DNA of 39,257 bases from a bacterium (GTDB lineage: Bacteria > Patescibacteriota > Minisyncoccia > Phycocordibacterales > Phycocordibacteraceae), in the NCBI GenBank assembly GCA_021784875.1, contig JAJYHF010000019.1, positions 1 to 39,257 of the forward strand, read 5' to 3'. Below, one piece after another: positions 25,946-33,679 of this stretch. Positions within the stretch are counted from its first letter, which is position 1. Every line of letters begins with the position of its first letter. The position numbers were made by a program, and so were the translations under genes. The notes beneath the pieces were generated by a model. The model saw only the letters and a list, made by a program, of their open reading frames with translations. It did no database searches and was not told the DNA's origin.

Positions 25946-26617
25946 TCATACACCTTCTCCCATAAATTCACTCCGGAAATAATCGAGAGCCATAAGAACA
26001 TATTCTGATACGTCGCGGTTGTGGTAGATGACATTGCACGTGCCGTGCGTAAATTTCTGCGGATATGACAAGCCGCTCCGATTCGAGGTTTTTACATAAG
26101 GTTTCGTAAATGAAGAGAGCGGCAAACCGAGTGTTTCCGACCAGTATTTCAATTCGGCTCTTACGTTCATATCCGCATACAGATGTACATGCACACGCAA
26201 ACGGTCTCTCGGAACGCCAAGCGATTCCATCCATTTCATAAAGAAACGAAGCATCGTCGGATCAGTATTGGAGAGCGAGGTGGAAGTTGGTTCCGTCTTC
26301 CCTCCTTCGCCCCAATAGAGAAACAACCCTGCAATCAGGAGTTCTCTTTCGCTCAACTTTCCGATGTCTTTCGCGGCACGCTCGCGAACCTCCGCCCGCC
26401 TGCTCTCGCGCTTGAGGCGCATCGTATTGCTGAACCGCTCGATGCGCACGGCGTTATGATCTCGAAGTTCTCGCAGCCGCTTTTCCGGAAGAGGCATGTT
26501 GTGTAACCATAGACTTAAGGAGCTTTTACTTACTTTCAGTTTCTCCTTTATCTGGCTATAGCTCGCGCCTTCCTTGCGCATACGAATCGCTTCGGCTTTC
26601 TTTTCTCGAAGTGCCAT
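25946..26617 (-). CDS. HTH domain protein with LAGLIDADG-like motif (possible homing-endonuclease-like or mobile-element protein)
   Basis: The N-terminus AIRMRKEGASYSQIKEKLKVSKSSLSLWL is a resolvase-type HTH. LIAGLFLYWGEGGK resembles a LAGLIDADG block. Lower G+C than the flanks. Start taken at MALREKK (26617). Confidence 0.45.
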   Translation of the reverse strand: MALREKKAEAIRMRKEGASYSQIKEKLKVSKSSLSLWLHNMPLPEKRLRELRDHNAVRIERFSNTMRLKRESRRAEVRERAAKDIGKLSERELLIAGLFLYWGEGGKTEPTSTSLSNTDPTMLRFFMKWMESLGVPRDRLRVHVHLYADMNVRAELKYWSETLGLPLSSFTKPYVKTSNRSGLSYPQKFTHGTCNVIYHNRDVSEYVLMALDYFRSEFMGEGV

Positions 26618-26643
26618 AGGTGAACCTTTATTCACCTATTATA
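26616..26643 (-). promoter_or_regulatory. TATAAT -10 box plus 9-bp inverted repeat overlapping the TSS and start codon of the HTH gene
   Basis: Minus strand reads TATAAT (26643-26638) then ATAGGTGAA-taaagg-TTCACCTAT, the last arm ending at the AT of the start codon (plus-strand arms 26616-24 and 26631-39). Confidence 0.45.
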
Positions 26644-26694
26644 TAACCTGTGTCCTCTAAAACGCGTCATAAGCTGGGGAAAGTCCCTCAAGAC

Positions 26695-28635
<1,941 letters not shown>

Positions 28636-28642
28636 GTTGCGC

Positions 28643-28650
28643 AGTATACT
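28643..28650. promoter_or_regulatory. palindromic AGTATACT: shared, overlapping -10 boxes for divergent ftsH and smpB
   Basis: The 22-nt intergenic region is 7 nt + AGTATACT + 7 nt. TATACT reads on both strands, each 7 nt from an ATG (28635 minus, 28658 plus). Confidence 0.5.
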
Positions 28651-28657
28651 CTTTGGT

Positions 28658-29098
28658 ATGATTCTCGTCGAATACAAGAAAGCTTCCATTAAGTTCGCTC
28701 CGGTCGAGACCTTCTCGGCCGGGCTCGAGCTCACGGGCGGCGAGGTCAAGACGCTCCGCAGCAAGCGGGGATCCCTCGACGGCTCACGCGTACTAATACG
28801 CGGGGGCGAGGCATATCTGGTCGGCATGACTATCCCGCCTTACCAAGCCGCAAACAGCCCAGAGAGCTACGACCCCGAGCGCCCGCGCCGCCTCCTTCTT
28901 ACGAGAGAAGAGATCGCGCACCTCGCCGCCGAAGAAGCGAAGAAGGGATTGACAATCGTCCCGCTCGAGGTATATACTGCCGGCAGGTTCCTGAAGGTGA
29001 AGATCGCGATCGTCCGCGGCAAGGGCAAGGCCGACCGCCGCGAGGACATCAAGAAACGCGATGCGCTGCGCGAAGCCGCACGCGACCTTAAGCGATAA
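28658..29098 (+). CDS. smpB: SsrA-binding protein SmpB
   Basis: FSAGLELTGGEVKTLR...GEAYLVGMTIPPY...RPRRLLLTREEI...GLTIVPLEVY...KVKIAIVRGKG. Located directly upstream of the tmRNA. Confidence 0.9.
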   Translation: MILVEYKKASIKFAPVETFSAGLELTGGEVKTLRSKRGSLDGSRVLIRGGEAYLVGMTIPPYQAANSPESYDPERPRRLLLTREEIAHLAAEEAKKGLTIVPLEVYTAGRFLKVKIAIVRGKGKADRREDIKKRDALREAARDLKR

Positions 29099-29135
29099 TC
29101 CGATCAGTCGCGGTAAGATCGTAGGCGGAGACGCG

Positions 29136-29141
29136 TATGAT
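29136..29141 (+). promoter_or_regulatory. -10 box TATGAT, 6 nt upstream of the tmRNA 5' end
   Basis: TATGAT at 29136-29141. tmRNA G1 is at 29148. Confidence 0.4.
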
Positions 29142-29147
29142 ATTACC

Positions 29148-29567
29148 GGGGGTGACCGGCTTTGACGGTCTGCTCTTTGAAAGACGTGCGACGCAGTGCA
29201 CGCCCGCTCACCACTACAAACTGGCGGGTACCAAACGTGCCAAGGACACCTTTGCACGCGCGACGAAGTCCCCTTACTTCGGTAAGGTCGGCGACCTCGC
29301 GTTCGCCTACGCGACGGCTCGAGCGTAATGCTCGCCTCCGCCTAGCGCGACGTCTGCTCTCGACCGGCGCTCACAGCGTCGAGAGCGGGCGGAATCTCCT
29401 GTGAGCTAGAGCAGCGGCCGTCCGCCCGCTTCTCGAAACTTCGGACTCGTCGCGGAGCGGTTTCGTCCCGATTTTCACGCCCGCGATCAGACTTCAATCA
29501 GGACTATGCGTCGTAGAAGCGCTTTCAAAGCCAGATTCGGACTCGGGTTCGATTCCCGACATCTCCA
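29148..29567 (+). ncRNA. ssrA: tmRNA (SsrA)
   Basis: 5' GGGGGTGACCGGCTTTGACGG. 3' GGACTCGGGTTCGATTCCCGACATCTCCA. The acceptor GGGGGUG/CAUCUCC includes the G3-U70 pair. Internal tag frame ends at TAA 29326-29328. Confidence 0.9.
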
Positions 29568-29577
29568 CAGCAATAAA

Positions 29578-29616
29578 CACGAAGGTCTGCATGAGCGGGC
29601 CTTCGTGCGTTTTTGT
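29578..29616 (+). terminator. intrinsic terminator after ssrA
   Basis: CACGAAGG...CCTTCGTG stem (29578-29585 / 29600-29607) followed by CGTTTTTGT. Confidence 0.7.
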
Positions 29617-29627
29617 ATACTTCCCGC

Positions 29628-30176
29628 ATGAAGCCCTTACTCCGATCCTGGTTCGCCGGTGATGCGGTCGCGCTGGCGCCGAAGCTCTTGGGAAAGATCG
29701 TGAAGAAAGGCTCCTGCACGGGCATCATCGTCGAGACGGAAGCATACACGACCGATCCCGCGTCTCACGCCCATAGCGTGACGACTCGCTCCCGCATCAT
29801 GCGCGACACCTACGGCCACTGGTACGTCTATTTCACCTACGGCATGCACTGGTGTGTGAACGTGACGACGAATAAGGGCGGCACCGGCGCCGTCCTCATC
29901 CGCGCGGTCGAACCGATCGATGGTATCACCGCCATGAAGCGACGAAGGAAAACTGAGGCGCTCCGCAACCTCTGCAGCGGCCCGGCCAAGTTCTGCCAAG
30001 CTTTCGGCGTCACGGGCAAAGAGAACCAGACATTGGTTGGAGGCGACTTCGCGATCTTCGACGCGCCAGAGATACCGATGAACCAGGTTGCCACGTCAGT
30101 CCGGGTCGGCATCAACGGCAGGTCCGATCTCCCTTGGCGCTTCTTCATCAAGGACAATCCGTTCGTGAGCCGCTAG
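29628..30176 (+). CDS. mpg: DNA-3-methyladenine glycosylase (Mpg/AAG family)
   Basis: APKLLGKIV...GIIVETEAYTTDPASHAH...GHWYVYFTYGMHWCVNV. TATACT (29616-29621) lies 6 nt upstream of the ATG. Confidence 0.85.
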   Translation: MKPLLRSWFAGDAVALAPKLLGKIVKKGSCTGIIVETEAYTTDPASHAHSVTTRSRIMRDTYGHWYVYFTYGMHWCVNVTTNKGGTGAVLIRAVEPIDGITAMKRRRKTEALRNLCSGPAKFCQAFGVTGKENQTLVGGDFAIFDAPEIPMNQVATSVRVGINGRSDLPWRFFIKDNPFVSR

Positions 30177-30186
30177 CGCATCCGGT

Positions 30187-30215
30187 TTGCCCGCCCTCCG
30201 ATTCCCTGCTATCGT
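30187..30215 (+). promoter_or_regulatory. sigma70-like promoter, leader copy A: -35 TTGCCC, 17 nt, extended -10 TGcTATCGT
   Basis: TTGCCC at 30187-30192, TGc at 30207-30209, TATCGT at 30210-30215. Copy B has the same layout and nearly the same sequence. Confidence 0.5.
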
Positions 30216-30222
30216 CCGCTTC

Positions 30223-30272
30223 GGGTAGGCCCGGTTTCTGGGTCTGAATGTTGTTTTACAGGGAGGTAGAGA
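30223..30272 (+). promoter_or_regulatory. conserved 5' leader copy A: hairpin (GTTTC loop) + AATGTTGTTTTACA + GGGAGG SD
   Basis: Stem AGGCCC/GGGTCT (30227-30232 / 30240-30245), loop GGTTTCT, 14-mer at 30247-30260, SD at 30261-30266, ATG at 30273. Confidence 0.6.
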
Positions 30273-31244
30273 ATGGAGACGTTTACCGACCGCCTTCAGA
30301 AGGCGATGCGGGTAAAGGAGAGTGTTTTGTGCGTCGGGTTTGATCCGCAGCTCAAGTTCATACCGCCGCACCTCATCAAGGAAGCGATAAAATTCAAAGG
30401 GAGAACGTGGGAGGCCTTGGAATACTGCTTCCTTAAGTTCAACCTTGGAATCATGGACGCGGTCGAGCCGTACGCGGCAGTGATCAAGCCGCAGGCTGCG
30501 TTCTACGAGGCGAGCTATCAGTTGTGGCACGCGCTCGAGCAGACTATAAACTGGGCTGAAAAGTGTGAGCTCCTCGTCATCAAAGACGCCAAACGTCTGG
30601 ACGGAGGCGATACAGCGGATGCATATGCCCAGACTCACATTGGCATGGTGCCCTTCTTCGACGGAAAGATGATCAAGTCCCCACTCCGTACGGATGCAGT
30701 GACTATCGGCGGATCAATCGGCGAAGATTGCATCTCCAGATTCGTAAAGGAGATGAAGGCGCACGGAACCGGCGGATTCGTGGTCGACAAGACATCGTTC
30801 AAGCCGAACTCCGTCATAGAGCAGCTCGTGACGGAAAATGGTCTCAGCGTCTGGGAAGAACTCGCCTATTACGTCTCCATGTGGGGTGAAGGGACTGAAG
30901 GCGAGAACGGCTACCGAAACCTTGGCGTCGTCATGGGAGCTACATATCCCGAAGACGCTCTTAGGATGCGGAAGATTCTGCCGAATGCTGTCATGCTTGT
31001 TCCTGGTTACAGCCTGCCGGACAGCATCGGTCAAGGCGGAACAGCAGACGAAGCAGTCGTTTCCTTCAACGACGACGGCTTCGGTGCAGTGGTCAACGCC
31101 TCGCGAGCGATTATTGCCGCGTGGCAGAAGGGACCTTTCGCATGCGATCCAAAGGATTTCGCCAAGGCAGCAGGACAAGCCGCAAAAGCCGCTCGCGACG
31201 ATCTGAACGAGGCACTCAAGCGCGCGGGCAAGTATCCCTTCTAA
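30273..31244 (+). CDS. pyrF: orotidine-5'-phosphate decarboxylase-like protein (type 2 PyrF family)
   Basis: LCVGFDP, IKPQAAFYE, DAKRLD (DxKxxD), DAVTIGG, VVMGAT, and PG...GQGG with an insert. Lower G+C than the flanks. Confidence 0.6.
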   Translation: METFTDRLQKAMRVKESVLCVGFDPQLKFIPPHLIKEAIKFKGRTWEALEYCFLKFNLGIMDAVEPYAAVIKPQAAFYEASYQLWHALEQTINWAEKCELLVIKDAKRLDGGDTADAYAQTHIGMVPFFDGKMIKSPLRTDAVTIGGSIGEDCISRFVKEMKAHGTGGFVVDKTSFKPNSVIEQLVTENGLSVWEELAYYVSMWGEGTEGENGYRNLGVVMGATYPEDALRMRKILPNAVMLVPGYSLPDSIGQGGTADEAVVSFNDDGFGAVVNASRAIIAAWQKGPFACDPKDFAKAAGQAAKAARDDLNEALKRAGKYPF

Positions 31245-31265
31245 ATATCGATCATTCGGTTCGAA

Positions 31266-31299
31266 AAGGCCACGACCTGTGTCGCGGCCTTTGCCTTTT
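31266..31299 (+). terminator. hairpin terminator after the pyrF-like gene
   Basis: AAGGCCACGAC-ctgt-GTCGCGGCCTT (10 of 11 bp) followed by TGCCTTTT. Confidence 0.5.
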
Positions 31300-31306
31300 C
31301 TGTCGC

Positions 31307-31335
31307 TTGCTCGCTACCCTCTTCCTTGCTATCGT
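31307..31335 (+). promoter_or_regulatory. sigma70-like promoter, leader copy B: -35 TTGCTC, 17 nt, extended -10 TGcTATCGT
   Basis: TTGCTC at 31307-31312, TGc at 31327-31329, TATCGT at 31330-31335. Confidence 0.5.
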
Positions 31336-31341
31336 CCGTGC

Positions 31342-31393
31342 GGAGCCCTGTTTCGGGGCTAAATGTTGTTTTACACGGGAGGAAAAGAAAAAG
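31342..31393 (+). promoter_or_regulatory. conserved 5' leader copy B: hairpin (GTTTC loop) + AATGTTGTTTTACA + GGGAGG SD
   Basis: Stem AGCCC/GGGCT (31344-31348 / 31356-31360), loop TGTTTCG, 14-mer at 31362-31375, SD at 31377-31382, ATG at 31394. Confidence 0.6.
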
Positions 31394-31795
31394 ATGAGTG
31401 GCGCGAAAAAAGTAGATGACTTCAACACAGGGAAAACTCTGAATGAGCTGGCGAGGACGTATGCACATGTTGTCCTGGAAAAGTTCACGAAGAGGGACAA
31501 ATTTCTTGGCTTCGAAAGCTTGTATGGTGAAGACATAATCGTAGGTCCCACCGCAATGGTTTTGGACTTGTTGTGCGGGAATGTAAACCCCCCGATTCAC
31601 TTTGGCTCAAAGATCGAGCCCGGCAACCGTGTCCTCATTATGAACGGCACGACTTCCGCCGAGCAGGCAGCAAGACTTGTCGAATATGTTACGAGATCAA
31701 ACGCTATCCCAGTCGGTCTCGTTTCTTTCCCTTTCTCTGGCGCTAAAGAATTCGAACAGAAGTATGAGGTGCCAGTACATATCGTTACTCTGTAG
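31394..31795 (+). CDS. small phosphoribosyltransferase-like protein with degenerate PRPP-binding loop
   Basis: 133 aa. RVLIMNGTTSAEQA aligns to the type I PRTase motif (hydrophobic x4, acidic x2, then TTG-type loop), but with NG in place of the acidic pair. The C-terminus GLVSF...EVPVHIVTL is PyrE-like. The call is from motif resemblance only. Confidence 0.4.
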   Translation: MSGAKKVDDFNTGKTLNELARTYAHVVLEKFTKRDKFLGFESLYGEDIIVGPTAMVLDLLCGNVNPPIHFGSKIEPGNRVLIMNGTTSAEQAARLVEYVTRSNAIPVGLVSFPFSGAKEFEQKYEVPVHIVTL

Positions 31796-31800
31796 AAAGA

Positions 31801-31845
31801 CCCGCGGTGCACTGTGTGCACCGCGGGATTCTCATTTTTATTTTC
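31801..31845. terminator. bidirectional terminator between the PRTase-like gene and typA
   Basis: CCCGCGGTGCAC-tgt-GTGCACCGCGGG, a perfect 12-bp stem at 31801-31827. It is flanked by AGAAAGA upstream and ATTCTCATTTTTATTTT downstream. Confidence 0.75.
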
Positions 31846-33631
31846 AGCCTCGACGTGCGCGGGCGCGGTCGGTCTCGGTGAGGTACTGCTTGCGCAGGCG
31901 CACGGACTTGGGCGTGATCTCGAGATACTCGTCGTCGGCCATCACCTCGAGGCCGCGTTCGATCGAGAGTTCGTAGGGCGGCACGAGGTCGATCGCCTCG
32001 TCGGTACCCGAGGCGCGGACGTTCGTGAGATTCTTGTTCTTCGTCGGGTTCACCATCATCTCCTCGCCCTTGCTTGTGTTGCCAATCACCTGTCCCTCGT
32101 AGACTTCGGTCGCGGGCGTGATGTAGAGGACCCCACGTTCCTGGAGACCCCAGAGCGAATAGCCGAGCGCCTTCCCCGTCGCCATCGAGATCATCGAGCC
32201 GACCTGTCGCTTCTTTATCTCGCCTGCATAGGGCTTGAAGCCGACGAAGCGCGACGAGAGGATGCCCTCGCCTTTCGTGTCGATGATGAACTGGTTCTTG
32301 TAGCCGAGGAGGCCGCGCGTCGGGCCCTGGAGCGTGAGGCGCACGCCGCCGCCCTCGGGCCGGAGGTCCTGGAGAACGAAGGCGCGAAGCCCGAGCTTCT
32401 CGATGATCGCACCCTGAAACTCCGAAGGCGTATCGATGACGACCTCCTCGAAGGGCTCGAGCTTCTTCCCTTCTTCCTCGCGCGTGATGACCTGCGGCTG
32501 CGAGACCTGGAGCTCGTAACCCTCGCGACGCATATTCTCGAGCAGGATCGCGATGTGGAGCTCGCCGCGGCCGCTCACTTTGTACGCATCCGCGCTCGAG
32601 AATTCGACGCGCAGGCCGACGTTGACCTCGAGCTCCTTCTCGAGCCGGTCGCGGATCTGGCGCGAGGTCACGAACTTCCCTTCCCGCCCGGCGAAGGGCG
32701 AGTTGTTGACAAGGAAATCGAGCGTGATGGTCGGCTCGTCGACGGCAATCGCCGGCAAGGGCGCGGCCGCAGGGTCGGTCGTCACCGTCTCGCCGATGTA
32801 GATGTCGGGGAGGCCGGCGATAAGGACGATGTCGCCGGCCGACGCCTCCGCCGCCTCGACGCGATCGAGACCTTTGAAGGTGAAGAGCTTGGTCGTCCTC
32901 CCCGTCCGCGCCTCTCCGTCCGGCTTCTTGACGATGACATTCTGGTTCGGCTTCACGGTGCCTTGGTAGATGCGCCCGACCGCCATCCGACCGAGGAAGT
33001 TGTCATAAGCGAGATTGAAGGGCTGGAGCACGAGCGGCGCGCTCGCGTCCGTCCCGACGTTCGCCGCCGGGACCTTCTCAAGGATCGTATCGAGGAGCGG
33101 CGTGAGGTCCTTCCGTTCATCGTCAAGTTTCTTCATCGCGACGCCTTCGCGCCCGATCGCGTAAACCACCGGGAAATCGCTCTGTTCGTCGGAAGCGCCG
33201 AGCTCGAGGAAGAGCTCGAGGACCTGTTCCTCGCAGCGGCCTGGGTCGGCGGCCGGCTTGTCGATCTTGTTCACGACGACGATGGGCTTCAACCCGAGTT
33301 CGAGCGACTTCTTCAGCACGAAGCGCGTCTGCGGCATCGGCCCCTCAGCCGCGTCGACGACGAGCAGCACCGAGTCGATCGAGCGCAACACGCGCTCGAC
33401 CTCGCTTCCGAAATCGGCGTGCCCCGGCGTGTCAACGATATTGATCTTCGTGCCCTTATACTCGACTGCCGTATTCTTGGAGTAGATGGTGATGCCGCGC
33501 TCGCGCTCGAGCGTGTTGCTGTCCATCGAGACGCCCTCGGCGACGGCGCCCGTCTGGCGCATGATGGCGTCGGTCAAGGTCGTCTTCCCGTGGTCGACGT
33601 GCGCGATGATAGCGATATTCCGGATTTCCAT
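31844..33631 (-). CDS. typA: translational GTPase TypA/BipA
   Basis: [38 protein letters not shown]. Start chosen at MEIRN (cat at 33629-33631). Confidence 0.95.
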   Translation of the reverse strand: MEIRNIAIIAHVDHGKTTLTDAIMRQTGAVAEGVSMDSNTLERERGITIYSKNTAVEYKGTKINIVDTPGHADFGSEVERVLRSIDSVLLVVDAAEGPMPQTRFVLKKSLELGLKPIVVVNKIDKPAADPGRCEEQVLELFLELGASDEQSDFPVVYAIGREGVAMKKLDDERKDLTPLLDTILEKVPAANVGTDASAPLVLQPFNLAYDNFLGRMAVGRIYQGTVKPNQNVIVKKPDGEARTGRTTKLFTFKGLDRVEAAEASAGDIVLIAGLPDIYIGETVTTDPAAAPLPAIAVDEPTITLDFLVNNSPFAGREGKFVTSRQIRDRLEKELEVNVGLRVEFSSADAYKVSGRGELHIAILLENMRREGYELQVSQPQVITREEEGKKLEPFEEVVIDTPSEFQGAIIEKLGLRAFVLQDLRPEGGGVRLTLQGPTRGLLGYKNQFIIDTKGEGILSSRFVGFKPYAGEIKKRQVGSMISMATGKALGYSLWGLQERGVLYITPATEVYEGQVIGNTSKGEEMMVNPTKNKNLTNVRASGTDEAIDLVPPYELSIERGLEVMADDEYLEITPKSVRLRKQYLTETDRARARRG

Positions 33632-33635
33632 AAAT

Positions 33636-33662
33636 GAAAAACGCCCGTGGGCGATGCGGGCA
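33636..33662 (-). terminator. hairpin + U5 downstream of the Nramp gene, immediately upstream of the typA ATG
   Basis: Minus strand: (T)GCCCG-catcgccca-CGGGC(G) followed by TTTTTCATTT then ATG. A TATAAT box (33667-33662) abuts the 5' arm. Confidence 0.45.
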
Positions 33663-33679
33663 TTATACGACAAAACATT

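Noticed and set aside
25717-25965. 82-aa ORF running through the tRNA(UAU) gene on the opposite strand
   Set aside because: It overlaps a structural RNA and has no promoter or SD and no recognisable protein features.
29272-29289. Shared strings CCTTACT and GTAAGGTC between the tmRNA UUCG hairpin and the tsaD palindromic insert
   Set aside because: 7-8-mers are expected to recur about once by chance in 2 x 39 kb. No extended similarity beyond them.
29137-29404. Two 60-80 aa ORFs inside the tmRNA gene
   Set aside because: The region is a well-defined tmRNA. Only the short internal tag frame is expected to be translated, in trans.
30202-30266. Assignment of the duplicated leader to a known riboswitch or protein-binding class (PyrR binding loop, preQ1, guanidine, ZTP, fluoride, PRPP/ykkC-type)
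   Set aside because: None of the consensus cores I can recall is present. This is a memory-based check only, and a proper Rfam scan is needed. For that reason the element is reported as unclassified, not as a member of a known class.
31814-33637. 607-aa ORF on the plus strand, antisense to typA
   Set aside because: It lies opposite a clear TypA/BipA GTPase and has the compositional signature of a spurious high-G+C antisense frame.
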